A stretch of 64,000 nucleotides of DNA from Acidobacteriota bacterium (GTDB taxonomy: Bacteria > Acidobacteriota > UBA890 > WLXD01), in NCBI GenBank assembly GCA_965248695.1, contig CBDFKD010000002.1:4032001-4096000 (forward strand), read 5' to 3'. The notes under the pieces are model-generated. The model ran no database searches. It saw only the letters and a list, made by a program, of their open reading frames with translations, and was not told where the DNA came from. Positions 20,051-31,247 of the stretch are shown here, in pieces; within the stretch, counting starts at the first letter, position 1, and each line of letters begins with the position of its first letter. The position numbers and the translations under genes are program-made.

Positions 20051-21433
20051 TCATTCTTTGCGAGACCAGACGTAGTAAACGGGAACGCCGAGCCCCAGCA
20101 CGGCGAGTCCGGAGAATGCTTCGACGGGTCGCTCGATCAGGCTGGTGATCGCGATGGCAACGACGGAGACCAGGAACAACGCCGGAACCATCGGGTAGCC
20201 CCACACTCGATATGGTCTCGGGAGGTCGGGTCGTGTGCGCCTGAGCGTGAAGACGCTTGCGGCGGCGGCGGCGTACAGAAGGATCACCGCGAACGTAGCG
20301 TAGGTGAAGAGCTGCTCGAATGTCGCTGATAGGGCAAGGACACATGCCCACGAGCACTGAAGCCACAGGGAGACATACGGTGTGCGGTAGCGAGGATGCA
20401 CGCGAGCCACCGAGCGGAAGAAGAGTCTGTCCTTCGCCATGGCGTAGTAGACGCGCGCGCCGGCCAGGATCGACCCGTTGGTGGACCCGAATGTAGAGAT
20501 CACGATCGCCGCAGCCATGAAAGCCGCGGCGCTCGGACCCAGGATTGCCGATGCGGCCCTCTCCGCCACCCCGAGCACCCCTTGCATCTCGCTGATCGGT
20601 AGGGCCAAGACGTACACCACGTTCACGAGGAGGTACATGACCGTGATACCCGCCGTTCCGAGCACGAGAGCCCGTGGCAAGGTCCGGGCGGGATCCCTGA
20701 TCTCGCCGGCGGAAAAGTTGAGGTTGCTGAAGCCGTCGTACGACCAGAGGACAGCGACGAGGGCGATCATGAACCCGCTGAGCAGCGAACCGCCGTCGGC
20801 ACCTCCTACCGGGGTCGGGAACTCGCGCGGCGGGCCGCTTCCGGCCCAAAGACCCAGCGCGACGAAGATCGCGATTGCCGCAACCTTGAGGACCGTCGAA
20901 ACGTTCTGGATGAACGCCCCGATGCGCACACCGAGGACGTTCATTGCGGTCAACAAGATGATCGTGGCAGCCGCGACAAGCTGCCCGGCCGACAGGGATA
21001 CGGTGACCCCGGCGAGCTCGCCAGAGGCCATTACGTTGTCAATGGCGAGCGCTGGCAAGAAATAGCCGACGTACACGGCGAAGCCCGTGGCCACGGCGGC
21101 GACGGCGCCTGGCTGGTACACCAGGAAGATGACCCATCCGAACAAGAAAGCCGGCAGCGGCCCGTAGGCCTCCCTTAGATAGACGTACTGGCCCCCGGCT
21201 TGCGGCATCGCCGCCCCGAGCTCCGCGTAGGTGAGAGCTCCCGCCATCGCCAGCAGCCCTCCCACCAGCCACGCCGCGAGCAGCAAAGTTGGATCGGGGA
21301 GTGATTCCGCCATGATTCCGGTGGTGAGGAAGATTCCGGAGCCGACGGTGATTCCGATGACCAGGAAGGTGGAGTCGAGCAGGCCGAGTTCGCGTACCAG
21401 CTCATCACCGGTGTCGCGAGGGTTGGACGTCAT
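20051..21433 (-). CDS. APC-family amino acid permease
   Basis: VGSGIF, YAELG..P.AGG.Y.YL and WSYDGF motifs; about 12 TM helices. Confidence 0.92.
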   Translation of the reverse strand: MTSNPRDTGDELVRELGLLDSTFLVIGITVGSGIFLTTGIMAESLPDPTLLLAAWLVGGLLAMAGALTYAELGAAMPQAGGQYVYLREAYGPLPAFLFGWVIFLVYQPGAVAAVATGFAVYVGYFLPALAIDNVMASGELAGVTVSLSAGQLVAAATIILLTAMNVLGVRIGAFIQNVSTVLKVAAIAIFVALGLWAGSGPPREFPTPVGGADGGSLLSGFMIALVAVLWSYDGFSNLNFSAGEIRDPARTLPRALVLGTAGITVMYLLVNVVYVLALPISEMQGVLGVAERAASAILGPSAAAFMAAAIVISTFGSTNGSILAGARVYYAMAKDRLFFRSVARVHPRYRTPYVSLWLQCSWACVLALSATFEQLFTYATFAVILLYAAAAASVFTLRRTRPDLPRPYRVWGYPMVPALFLVSVVAIAITSLIERPVEAFSGLAVLGLGVPVYYVWSRKE

Positions 21434-21441
21434 GTCGCATA

Positions 21442-21471
21442 TTGTTGGTCAATCGTTGAACAAGTTGTCAA
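21442..21471 (-). promoter_or_regulatory. Promoter/operator of the permease operon
   Basis: TTGACA at 21471-21466 and imperfect palindrome TTGTT..AACAA (21442-21463) in an AT-rich divergent spacer. Confidence 0.45.
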
Positions 21472-21534
21472 GCGACGCCGCGACCGTCGGGTAGCGTATC
21501 GAAGTACACCAACGAGAAAAGAGGACAAGTCAGC

Positions 21535-22657
21535 ATGGCTCGGCCAGCAAAGCTCATACGGCTCCTCGCGATGGGGTTGGCGATCTCCGTCGCTTTGCCC
21601 TCTTGCGGAAACGGCGGCAGGGCGGACACCGAGGGGGCGGCAACCGCCCGCCCTGGAGACGTTGACGGGGTCGTCGGCGACCTGGGCGCGAAGATCGACG
21701 AATACTTGACCGAGCTCACTCCGGATCGCTTTGCCGGCAGCGTTCTCGTAGCGAAGGAAGGAGAGATCCTGCTCAACAAGGGCTACGGCATGGCCATTCG
21801 GTCCGACGGCATCCCCAACTCGTCCGAAAGCGTCATCGTCATCGGCTCGATTACCAAGCAGTTCACGGCGGCGGGGATTCTCAAGCTCGAGATGCAGGGG
21901 AAGGTGAGCACGGACGACAAGCTGCCGATGTACTTCGTGCAGGTTCCCGAGGAGAAACAAGACATCACGCTGCATCAATTGCTCACGCACACGGCCGGCT
22001 TGATCGACTACACCGGTGATTGGGATGCCGAGGGGGATTTCGAAATCGCGCTGCGCGACGAGACCATCCAGGAAGCGCTGAACGCGCCTCTGATTTCCAC
22101 TCCCGGCACCGAGTTCCACTACTCCAACTCCAGCTACAGCGCGTTGGCCGCGATCATCGAAAAGGTGTCAGGCTTGTCCTACGAGGAGTACCTGAGCGCG
22201 AACATCTTCAAGCCGGCCGGCATGGATACGACTGGCTATCGGCTGCCCGACTGGGACAGCCACGTCGTGGCGCACTACTACGCCGACGATGAGGACCTGG
22301 GAGGATTCCTGGAGCGGCCGTATCCGCAATGGAACCTTCTCGGAAACGGGGGCATCTTGACGACGACGGGCGACCTGTACCGATACCACGTGGCCCTGGA
22401 ACGCGACGAGATCCTGTCCGCTGCTGCGAAGGAGAAGTTCTACCGGCTACGGATGGAGTATCGAACAGACCGACAACGGCCTTCTCATCCAGCACAGCGG
22501 CGGCGGGTCATTCGGTTCGAGCGATAGCGCGCTCTTCCGGCGCTACGTCGATGCCAGCGTCGTCATCGTCGTCCTGGGTCACCAGGCCTTCCAAGGGGAG
22601 AGCATGACCAGCCGGGTCACCTCCGAGGTGGCAGACATGGTGTTTGCCCACGGCTAG
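21535..22657 (+). pseudogene. Serine hydrolase lipoprotein, frameshifted near 22445
   Basis: GSITK and YSN intact. After KEKFY, the expected GYGW..QHSGG..VIVVL continues in another frame to TAG 22657. Confidence 0.8.
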
Positions 22658-22710
22658 CTCGAAGCAGTCGCGAACCCTGACGTGCGACCTGAGCGTGATA
22701 GCTTGCCCGG

Positions 22711-24102
22711 ATGAATCGCCTCGCGCTCTGCACCGCCGGGTCAGCCCTGATGGCGCTCATGGGCACATCCGCGGTTGGTCAAGACCAGTGGCCGCAGTTC
22801 CGCGGCACGCACGCGGGTGAAGTTGTCGACGATCCCGCCCTGCCCGACACCTGGAGCGAGACCGACAACATCGTCTGGAAGATCGACGTTCCCGGGCAGA
22901 GCTGGAGCTCGCCCGTGGTATGGGGCGATCACGTCTTCGTCACTTCCGCGGTCAGCGCCGGCGACGAGCCCGCTCCGGTACCTGGCCTCTACGAGGAGGG
23001 ACACGACTTCGGGGCGATCAAATCATCGGCGCAGCATCGCTGGGTGGTTTACGACGTCGATTTCGCAACCGGGAAGCTCAACTGGGAGCGGGAGCTGCGC
23101 CGCGCCACCCCGCCCTTCGCCAAGCACATCAAGAACACCTACGCGACCGAAACGCCGGTCACGGACGGCCGACACCTGTACGTGCTCTTCGGCAGCATCG
23201 GTCTCCTTGGCGCATTGAACTTGAGCGGCGAGACCGTCTGGACCACGCAGGTCGATCTATTCGAGACGCGGTGGCAGTACGGCCCGGCTGCCTCGCCGGC
23301 CCTGCATGGGGACCGCCTCTACATCCTCAGCGACAACGCCGACGGAACGTCCCTCGTCGCCTTCGACACGCAGACCGGCGAGGAGATCTGGAGGGTGCTT
23401 CGCGAGCAGCACGGCGGGGCGAACTGGTCGAGAAGCTGGTCGACGCCGTTCGTATGGGAGAACGAGCTCCGTACCGAGATCGTCACGGCAGGGGCCGCCA
23501 GCGTCCGCTCGTACGACCTCGATGGCAACCTGCTGTGGGAGATCGACGGTATGTCGTCGATGACCGTTCCCACGCCGTTCTCCAGGCACGGGCTCGTCTA
23601 CATCAGTGCGGGCTACCCCGGGGAAGCGCTGCGTCCGGTCTACGCCGTTCGCCCCGGCGCCGCCGGCGACATCACACTCTGGGAGAAGGGTGGCCCGTCG
23701 ACCGCTTTCCCCGGCCCGCTGAGATCATCAGAACACATCGCCTGGTCGTACCCGCTGCTCGGTCCCTACAGCACGTCGACGCTGGTGTACGGTAACTACC
23801 ACTACACGCTGCTCGACCGGGGGTTCCTTCTCTGCCACGACGCCCGCACCGGCGAGGAGATCTACGGTCGCCAGCGCATCGAGATCGGCAACGGTTTCAC
23901 CGCCTCACCGTGGGCGTATAACGGCAAGATCTTCTTGCTGAGCGAGGACGGCGATACGTTCGTGGTGCAGGCGGGGCCGGAGTTCAAGATCCTCGGGAAG
24001 AACTCGCTCGATGAGATGTCGCTGGCAACGCCGGCCGTGGTGCGCGGAAGTGTGATTCTGCGGACGCAATCGAAGCTCTACCGGCTCTCCAGAGGCACGT
24101 AG
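22711..24102 (+). CDS. PQQ-like (BamB-type) beta-propeller protein
   Basis: WPQFRG, SWSSPVVWG, ATETPVTDG and TASP motifs. Confidence 0.85.
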   Translation: MNRLALCTAGSALMALMGTSAVGQDQWPQFRGTHAGEVVDDPALPDTWSETDNIVWKIDVPGQSWSSPVVWGDHVFVTSAVSAGDEPAPVPGLYEEGHDFGAIKSSAQHRWVVYDVDFATGKLNWERELRRATPPFAKHIKNTYATETPVTDGRHLYVLFGSIGLLGALNLSGETVWTTQVDLFETRWQYGPAASPALHGDRLYILSDNADGTSLVAFDTQTGEEIWRVLREQHGGANWSRSWSTPFVWENELRTEIVTAGAASVRSYDLDGNLLWEIDGMSSMTVPTPFSRHGLVYISAGYPGEALRPVYAVRPGAAGDITLWEKGGPSTAFPGPLRSSEHIAWSYPLLGPYSTSTLVYGNYHYTLLDRGFLLCHDARTGEEIYGRQRIEIGNGFTASPWAYNGKIFLLSEDGDTFVVQAGPEFKILGKNSLDEMSLATPAVVRGSVILRTQSKLYRLSRGT

Positions 24103-24112
24103 TGATGCGCCG

Positions 24113-25141
24113 ATGAGCCGCCGCTGGGCGTTGCCGACATGGAGTGCCCGGGTCACCGTTGTCCCGGTCTTCGTCACCCTGGTCTTCTTGGCCCCGGCGC
24201 CTGATGCCGGGTCGGCATCCACTCAGGGAGTGCGTCTCGAACAGGTCGGCTCGATCCCCATCCCGGCGGCGCCGCGGGCGGGGTATCTGGCGAGCATGGT
24301 GACGGCGCGGGATGGCTACGCCTACGTCTCGTTAGCTAAAGCCTTCATGATCTACGAGGTCTCGAATCCAGCCGCACCGCGGCGGCTGGGATCGTACGAG
24401 TTCCCCGAGGAAATCTGGAGGTTCAGGATCACCGGCTCGCGTGCCTACGTCGGCGCCAACTTCTCGGGGCTCGGCATCCTCGACATCTCGGATCCGACGG
24501 CGCCGAGGCTCGTAGGCACGCACGACACACTCGGTCAGGCCTCGATCGCGGCGGCCTTCGAATCCAAGGTCATGATCATCGACCACATGGAAGGCCTGGT
24601 GATGGTCGACGTATCCGACGAGGCCGAGCCAGTGCTGGTCGGTTCTTACTACATTGACGGCTACGCTCGCGATGTCGTCACGCTCGGGTCGCTGGCATTC
24701 GCGACGGAATCGCCCAGCGGACTCTATGTGTTCGATCTCTCCAAGCCGGGCCCACCAGAGCCGGTCAGCATACTCCACGCTGCCGGCGCGCCGCGGGCGA
24801 TCGAGGTGTCGTCCGCGGGCGGGTCGACGCTTCTGTGCGGTGCCGGCGGCGGCAACCTCCAGGTGTACGACGTGTCGGATCCGCTGGCGCCGGTCAGGGC
24901 TGCGACGTTCGAGACGCCAGGTCGTGCCGAGCACGTGGCCCTCGATGGTGCGGTCGCCTACGTTGCCGACGGCGAGGCGGGGATTCAGATCGTGGATCTG
25001 TCGGCGCCCACGGAGCCGAGACTGCTCGGCTCCCACGAACTGGCAAAGCGGGCCCATTATGTGTCCGTCGCCGGCTCACACGTCTTCGTCGTCGCCGGCG
25101 ACCAGAAAGATGCGGAAGTGGTGATCCTCAGAAGGTCCTGA
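24113..25141 (+). CDS. LVIVD-repeat beta-propeller protein
   Basis: Repeated AYV..GL.I.D.SDP.AP units. Confidence 0.85.
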   Translation: MSRRWALPTWSARVTVVPVFVTLVFLAPAPDAGSASTQGVRLEQVGSIPIPAAPRAGYLASMVTARDGYAYVSLAKAFMIYEVSNPAAPRRLGSYEFPEEIWRFRITGSRAYVGANFSGLGILDISDPTAPRLVGTHDTLGQASIAAAFESKVMIIDHMEGLVMVDVSDEAEPVLVGSYYIDGYARDVVTLGSLAFATESPSGLYVFDLSKPGPPEPVSILHAAGAPRAIEVSSAGGSTLLCGAGGGNLQVYDVSDPLAPVRAATFETPGRAEHVALDGAVAYVADGEAGIQIVDLSAPTEPRLLGSHELAKRAHYVSVAGSHVFVVAGDQKDAEVVILRRS

Positions 25142-25157
25142 CGAGACAACCTCGGCA

Positions 25158-25426
25158 ATGCTGCAAGACCCCGTCGCGCATGCGCCCGTGCGGGCAAGAC
25201 GAGCGGAGGACTACGTCGACCTGATCGATGCGGCGGTCGTCTATGAAAGTGGCGACGAGGACCCCGCTCGAACTCGCCGGCAACCTGTCTGCGCGACTCG
25301 GCAACCGGATCCTGCTGAAGCGCGAGGACCTGTACCCGGTCTTCTCGTTCAAGCTCCGCGGTGCATACAAGAGAATCGCATCGCTCTCGCAGCAGGCGCT
25401 GGGGTCATATGTAGCTCGGCCGGTAA
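25158..25426 (+). pseudogene. ilvA: 5' fragment of threonine ammonia-lyase with two frameshifts
   Basis: [13 protein letters not shown] / [40 protein letters not shown] / GVICSSAG across alternating frames, then stops. Confidence 0.85.
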
Positions 25427-25475
25427 GCTCCGCCTACCGGATCGCGACGGCGCCCGAAACTGTGGCCTTGACTTG

Positions 25476-26777
25476 CTAGGAGCCGGTGGTCACCGCGCCA
25501 GCCGGAGCTCGAGATGCGCCGAAAATGCCGAGGGGCTGATAGTCGCCCTTGAGGATAGCCCCGGTGTTGCTGTAGCCCATCCACTCGTCGATCGACGTGG
25601 CGTAGACGCGCCGAAAGTCGGTGGTCATCTCGAGATTGCCGTCGTCGAGATCAGTGAGACTCGGTGTCTTGCCGTAGAAGCCGCCCTCGAGCTTCTTTCC
25701 CACCACAAACATTGGTCCGGCGGTACCGTGATCGGTGCCGAGGCTGGCGTTCTCCTCGACTCGGCGGCCGAACTCCGAGAACAGGACCACCGCGACATCG
25801 TCGGCGCGTCCGAGGCGCTGCACATCCTCCATGAAGCCACGTACCGCGTCGGACATGTACATGAGCAGGCGGGCGTGGAGGTCGGCCTGGTGGACGTGGG
25901 TGTCGAAGGAGTTGCCGCTGAAGCTCACGTAGTAGATCCGAGTGGGCATGTCGGCGGCGATGAGAGCCGCCACCTTGCGCAGATCGCCGCCGCCGAGGCC
26001 GTAGTCGACCGGTGTCCGATAGCCGGACCAGGCTTGACGCACGAAGGCGGAGCTCTCGGTGGCGTTCTCTGCTGTTGCGCGTAGGAAGTCGAGCTCGCTG
26101 TTGCTGGTCGGGTGGGCACCCGAGAGTCGAGCAAGAGCTGCGATCTCGTCTTCCTCTCCCTGGCGCTGAAAGCGGCCGGGATCGTTGAAGACCAGCGGCG
26201 AGTTGACGTTTCCGCGCACCGCCAGTGATTGCGAGTTGGCGATGTTGACGATCAAGTTGCGCTTGCCGTCCGGGGTGTGAGCGTCGGCGAAGCGACCCAC
26301 CCAACCGAGCTTCTCGCCGCCGTTGGGGATGCCGGTATGCCAGAAGCCCATCGAGGTGAAGTGCGACAAGCTGGGGTTGGGATAGCCGCAACCTTCGACA
26401 ATGGCCAACATGCCGTCTTTGTAGAGCCGTTCGAAACCGACCATGGACGGGTGGAGCCCCACTCCATCGGTGATCGGTAGGAGGTTGTTCTTCGGGATTC
26501 CGAGATTCGGACGCGCTCCGTAGTAAGCGTCGTCGCCGAACGGCACCACGGTGTTGAGACCGTCGTTGCCGCCGGAGAGCTCGACGACAACGAGGATGCG
26601 ATCCGGGTGCTTCTCGGCAGTTCCTCCGAGTGCCTGCGCGGCAAGGGCCGCCGAGGTGCGGTCGAGAACCATCGGTAGTCCGGCGGTCACTCCGAGGCCG
26701 TAGAGGCCACGACGGAGGAAGTCGCGCCGAGAGTGGGAGCAACCGATGTGTGCCGATCCGATGCGTGGTCGTCTCAT
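25476..26777 (-). CDS. DUF1501 protein, Tat-exported
   Basis: SRRDFLRR; [19 protein letters not shown] and GTDHG motifs. Confidence 0.9.
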   Translation of the reverse strand: MRRPRIGSAHIGCSHSRRDFLRRGLYGLGVTAGLPMVLDRTSAALAAQALGGTAEKHPDRILVVVELSGGNDGLNTVVPFGDDAYYGARPNLGIPKNNLLPITDGVGLHPSMVGFERLYKDGMLAIVEGCGYPNPSLSHFTSMGFWHTGIPNGGEKLGWVGRFADAHTPDGKRNLIVNIANSQSLAVRGNVNSPLVFNDPGRFQRQGEEDEIAALARLSGAHPTSNSELDFLRATAENATESSAFVRQAWSGYRTPVDYGLGGGDLRKVAALIAADMPTRIYYVSFSGNSFDTHVHQADLHARLLMYMSDAVRGFMEDVQRLGRADDVAVVLFSEFGRRVEENASLGTDHGTAGPMFVVGKKLEGGFYGKTPSLTDLDDGNLEMTTDFRRVYATSIDEWMGYSNTGAILKGDYQPLGIFGASRAPAGAVTTGS

Positions 26778-26781
26778 GGCG

Positions 26782-28695
26782 TTACCCCAGTTGGTACTCA
26801 GGCGTGCTCAAGACCAGGTATAGGACTGCCCTTAGAGCGTGCTCCCTGCCGCCGGCTGACGATCCGCTCTCACCGAGTCGCTCTTCGAGGAAGGCGACGA
26901 GATCCGCTTGCGCATCGTGTTCGAGAGAGATGTGCAGAAAACGGCGAGCGAGGCGCTCGATCACTTCGGCGCTGGTTTCCGCGCCCTCGGCCGAGAGCAT
27001 CCCCACTAGGTCGAGATCGATGGCGTGGCGAGGAACCAGCTTGACCCTCTCGTAGGCCATGACGTATCCGCGGTAGCCACCGTAGCGAGTGTTGTAGTCC
27101 TCATCGGCGTCGGCCATCATGCTCGACGCCGAGTCGCCGGCCCGGGTCGCGGAGGTGATGTTGGCTCCCTCCGCCAGACGGCGTCCCACCTGCGCGTAGA
27201 TCCCGGGCATACGGCGGTCGGGTGCCCCATAGGACTCGAGGTCGGGCGGAAAGAGGATGTTGCGCATCAGGTTGCCGCGCTCCAGCAGGGTCGCCGGAGT
27301 GATCCAGGTCCGACCGCCGGCCCATCCCGCGACGTTGGGTGGGTGAAAGAGGGACTGACCGAGGCTGGCGGTGAGCCCGTTGAAATCTGGAACCGTCGGC
27401 AGCTTCTCGAGTCCGAGCTTGCGATAGGTCGAGACCACCAGGTGCACCGGGCTCTTGATCTGGGTGGCGAAGGACCCGGGACCGTAGAAATCACGCGACA
27501 GGAAGATCCTCTCGAGCACCGGACGGAGCTCGTAGTCCGACTCGCGAAAGAGCGCCGCGAGCTCGGCGAGGATGCCCGGCGGCGCCTCCTCGGCGACGAA
27601 GAAGCGATAGAGCTTCGCGGCAATGAAGTCAGCCGTCGCTGGCTGCTCGAGGATGATGTCGATGATCTCGTCGCCGTCGAACGTCCCTTTCCTGCCTAGG
27701 AACTCCTTTTCTCCATAGTCGTGCAGGTTGCCGTCGAAGCGGAACTCGAGGACATCGTTGGTCCAACCGGTAAAGGCACGCGATGCCTCTCGAATGTCGT
27801 GCTCGCTGTAGTTGCCGTCTCCCATGGTGAAGAGCTCGAGCAGCTCGCGGCCGAAGTTCTCGTTGGGATGGTCCTTGACGTTCTCGCCGTTGTCGAGGAA
27901 GACGAGCATCGCCGGGTCTTTCATGATCGCCAGCAGCACGTCGCGGAAGTTCCCGCTGGCGTGCCGGCGCAGCGTTCGGTTCTGCACCAGCATCATGCGG
28001 TAGTCGCGCACTTTGACGTCGGATGTCGCGAAGTGACCGTGCCAGAAGAATGTGAGCTTTTCTTCGAGCGGCCGCTTGCTCCTCAGCATGCGTTCGCCCC
28101 ACCACAGGCCGAGTCGAAGCACCTCGAGGCGGTCGGCCCGGAGCCCGTAGAAGAACTTGTCGACCACCGGCTGAAGGCGCCGCGACGACCCTTCCGGAAG
28201 GATGTCGACTCCGAGAGCGCGACCCCTATCTCTGCCGATACGGACCGCTTCGGCGCGGCTCGGCGGAAACGGGTCCATACCCTCGTCGAAGATCCCGGAG
28301 TGCTCGAACGGGCCCACCGAGGGATTGGCGATCGACCGGTAGTCGACCAGACGTCGCACGACCTGGCGGGGATCCGCCTTGGCCAGAAGCTCGATCTCTT
28401 GCGGCGTCGCACCGAAGCCGGCGCGCTCCATCAGATGAGCGGCACGCTCGTAGCTCCAATCGGCGGGGCCGATCGGGTCGAGGTCGCCGATCCATTCGGC
28501 GGGCCCGGCGCCGGTGTCGTTGCCGGTCGCCTCGAGACCTGGCGCCGCGAGGGATGCGCAGAGAAGCGAGAAGGCGAGCAGGAGTAGGGGAGAGCACAAT
28601 CGACGTATCGGGCTTGTCCGCGCGGTCGCAGTGCTGTCGTCGTCGGGGTGGCGCACGCCCTGTCCCTCCGGGACTAGAAATCGGGAGTCAAGCAT
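26782..28695 (-). CDS. DUF1800 protein (start uncertain)
   Basis: HLMERAGFG, FWHGHFAT, NENFGRELLELFTMG and PPNVAGW motifs. Confidence 0.9.
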   Translation of the reverse strand: MLDSRFLVPEGQGVRHPDDDSTATARTSPIRRLCSPLLLLAFSLLCASLAAPGLEATGNDTGAGPAEWIGDLDPIGPADWSYERAAHLMERAGFGATPQEIELLAKADPRQVVRRLVDYRSIANPSVGPFEHSGIFDEGMDPFPPSRAEAVRIGRDRGRALGVDILPEGSSRRLQPVVDKFFYGLRADRLEVLRLGLWWGERMLRSKRPLEEKLTFFWHGHFATSDVKVRDYRMMLVQNRTLRRHASGNFRDVLLAIMKDPAMLVFLDNGENVKDHPNENFGRELLELFTMGDGNYSEHDIREASRAFTGWTNDVLEFRFDGNLHDYGEKEFLGRKGTFDGDEIIDIILEQPATADFIAAKLYRFFVAEEAPPGILAELAALFRESDYELRPVLERIFLSRDFYGPGSFATQIKSPVHLVVSTYRKLGLEKLPTVPDFNGLTASLGQSLFHPPNVAGWAGGRTWITPATLLERGNLMRNILFPPDLESYGAPDRRMPGIYAQVGRRLAEGANITSATRAGDSASSMMADADEDYNTRYGGYRGYVMAYERVKLVPRHAIDLDLVGMLSAEGAETSAEVIERLARRFLHISLEHDAQADLVAFLEERLGESGSSAGGREHALRAVLYLVLSTPEYQLG

Positions 28696-28790
28696 ACGTC
28701 ATGGCGAGTTTTTCTCGCCCATGCCGGGTGCAGCGAACGCAGATTGTCGCAATTCTGCCTACCCAGCAGCCGCCGATCGGGTGTTCTCGT

Positions 28791-29522
28791 TCAGCAGTTC
28801 GGGTCGGTCCTCGGGCAGACCGGGAGCGCGGGCTTGTCCGGGTCGATTGATTCGATGCTTTCGAGACGGAGTACCTCCCCTTCCCATACGGCGGTGATCT
28901 CGACCGGCTGGCCGGCGAGAGCCCTGAGCTCTTCCTCGAAATCCTCGGCATTGACAAAGGTGACAGCTGAATTCTGCCCGCCCCACGACCGATTGAAGAT
29001 GATCGCCAGGTCCATCGGAGCCTGCACCCGGCTGAGCACCCATGCGGCCGGATCGGGCTCGTCGTCGGGAGGCGCAAGCTCGAGCCGATGACCGATGGTC
29101 CCTTGACGTGCGGTGCGAAACTCCTCCGGACTGCCGTACGTCAAGTCGACCTGTCGGCGGCCGGTGACTGGTTCGGTGCCGAAGGGGCTGACGACAGTTC
29201 CCGTCATCAGATCGCCGTCGAGCTCGAGGGTGTACTCGTAGGCGCCAAAGGCGAAGCTGATCGCCGCGCCCTTGACTCGAAAGTCGTCGACCGGGACGAA
29301 ACGGTCGCGGATCGAGGTGAGCTGTCCCTCGAGCGCACCGTCGACCAGCTCCACCCGCAGTAGCGAGGTGGGAACTCTGCCCGACAACCCTTCGCTCTGA
29401 TCTCCGGTCTTCAAGTTCCAGACACCCACCAGGTCCGGCTCGGCCTGCCGGGTGCGCCCGGAGACCCCCAGCCCGACGCCGAGCGCGACAGCGAGAGCGA
29501 CTGTGTCCGAGGCTCTGATCAT
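28791..29522 (-). CDS. Uncharacterised exported protein (partner P1)
   Basis: Signal peptide; paralog of 34458-35201 (VG.WNLK, VDDFR, FGAYEYTL.LDGD, GHR.ELAPP, DPAAWV). Confidence 0.8.
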   Translation of the reverse strand: MIRASDTVALAVALGVGLGVSGRTRQAEPDLVGVWNLKTGDQSEGLSGRVPTSLLRVELVDGALEGQLTSIRDRFVPVDDFRVKGAAISFAFGAYEYTLELDGDLMTGTVVSPFGTEPVTGRRQVDLTYGSPEEFRTARQGTIGHRLELAPPDDEPDPAAWVLSRVQAPMDLAIIFNRSWGGQNSAVTFVNAEDFEEELRALAGQPVEITAVWEGEVLRLESIESIDPDKPALPVCPRTDPNC

Positions 29523-29531
29523 CGGTTGGGC

Positions 29532-30776
29532 TCAGCTGGCCCCGGTGTCGGTTGTGAGATCAGTGAGGGAAGGAACGATCGGCCTATCGAGCTTGCGGCG
29601 GTAGTGCATCCATCCCTGGAACATCTCGTCGCGCGAATCCTCTCCGTACAGAACCTTTAGGCTGGGATTTGGGTTCCAGGGGTTGTTCGCCGAGTTGTCG
29701 AAGTGCCCGGTGACGCGGAGCTTCGCTCCCTTGACCATCCGAATCGGCTCGACCAGCTTGTAGATCATCTGCCAGTAGATGCTGTAGTTCGGCACGGAAA
29801 GCAGAATCTCCTCGCTGCCGTCGGGCTGGACCAGCTCGAACATCATGTCCTTGCCGCGATAGTGCATGTGCGGTTGAAGGACCAGAAGCTCGGCCTCCTC
29901 TTCGAACACCATTTCGGCGCTGTGCGCGACACTTGGCGCATACGGCGGGATCTCGAACGTCGAGTCGTGAACCGTGCCGCCGAATACCTGGTACTCGATC
30001 GGAGATCGGGCCAGCCACACACCGACCCGGGTGATGTTGGTCTGCTCCTCGCCGTTGGGGTGATAGTGCATCCTCAGCAACAGGTCGGCTCCGGCCGGGA
30101 ACAGCACGGCGCTGCCCTCCGGGAAGAAATCCGGCGGCTTCCCGGGAAGGTCGATCCCGAGCATTGTCCGGTCGCCGCCCCGGAGCTTGCTCATGACGTC
30201 GATATGGTGGACGATCCGCCGATTCCCCCGGGCTTCCAACCCACGTAACCAGAGGTCCTCTGTGTGGTTGGTGGGGATTATGACGGGTTGGAATATGTCC
30301 GGCCCGCCGGCCGGCATGTGCCACTCCTCGTCCATCTCGAACACGTAGTCGGGGGCCCCCTCGGTGGCGGCGAGCGTCCAACCGTCCGCGTAGGTCGGCG
30401 GCGCGAACGTGCCCGTCCCGCGTGGGGTACCGGCCTCGATCCACGCCAGCATTGTGCCGATTTGCTCGTCCGTCAGCCGGCGGTCGTTGGAGAAATGGCC
30501 ATAGCGCGGATCCGCGTGCCAGGGCGGCATAATCCGATCGGCGACGACCATGCGGATCGAGCGAGCCCATGGGACAACGTCGTCGTAGGACAAGAACGAC
30601 ATGGGGGCCACCTCGCCCGGTCGGTGGCAAGTCATGCAGCTGGCCGCCATGAGCGGACCGATGTCTTCGGTCCAGGTCGGCACCGGTTCTTGCGGCAGCG
30701 AGCCCGAGGCGGGGAGCGTGCTCCAGCCGCCGATCAGCAACGACGATGCGACGCCGACGATCAGGCCCTTCCTCAT
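29532..30776 (-). CDS. Exported cytochrome c / copper type II monooxygenase-like fusion (M1)
   Basis: CMTCH and MPPW; VHH, MHYH, PHMHYRGK and DEM motifs. Confidence 0.8.
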   Translation of the reverse strand: MRKGLIVGVASSLLIGGWSTLPASGSLPQEPVPTWTEDIGPLMAASCMTCHRPGEVAPMSFLSYDDVVPWARSIRMVVADRIMPPWHADPRYGHFSNDRRLTDEQIGTMLAWIEAGTPRGTGTFAPPTYADGWTLAATEGAPDYVFEMDEEWHMPAGGPDIFQPVIIPTNHTEDLWLRGLEARGNRRIVHHIDVMSKLRGGDRTMLGIDLPGKPPDFFPEGSAVLFPAGADLLLRMHYHPNGEEQTNITRVGVWLARSPIEYQVFGGTVHDSTFEIPPYAPSVAHSAEMVFEEEAELLVLQPHMHYRGKDMMFELVQPDGSEEILLSVPNYSIYWQMIYKLVEPIRMVKGAKLRVTGHFDNSANNPWNPNPSLKVLYGEDSRDEMFQGWMHYRRKLDRPIVPSLTDLTTDTGAS

Positions 30777-30904
30777 TGTGTTTTCTCCTGTGCGAGGATT
30801 TCTGTAGACCCGCTTGCGCTTGGCAAACATACACCGCTGCCTCACCCCAGAGCCACAGGAAGGATCAGTGAACGCTGCAGGAGCCCTCCGTCGACGTGTT
30901 GTCC

Positions 30905-31138
30905 AGACCGCGGTTGCGCACCAACCTGTCGCTTTCGGATCGCGTGCTGTTCGACGCGCTGCTACAGCACAGCAGCGTCACCGACCAGCTATCGGCGTTC
31001 GTGCGGTTGCGCTACATCTATCGCAGCGGCGACGACTTCTACCTCGTGTACCGTCAGTCCACGGCGTTCGGGGGGCTGTTCGACCGCCTCGACGACCGCA
31101 CGCTGACGGCGAAAGTCACCTTCACGATGCAGCGGTAG
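30905..31138 (+). pseudogene. 3' fragment of a DUF5916-type outer-membrane protein gene
   Basis: 'RLRYIYRSGDDFYLVY..DRTLTAKVTF' beta-barrel C-terminus with no upstream gene body. Confidence 0.65.
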
Positions 31139-31247
31139 CCTCGGTCCGCCATCGACACTGCCAGCCCTGGACGGCAGCCTGTCATGGGACTAGCGTACCC
31201 ACGCTGCAGGGCCTGTGCGTGTTGACCACGGGCCGAGGAGGCCACTG

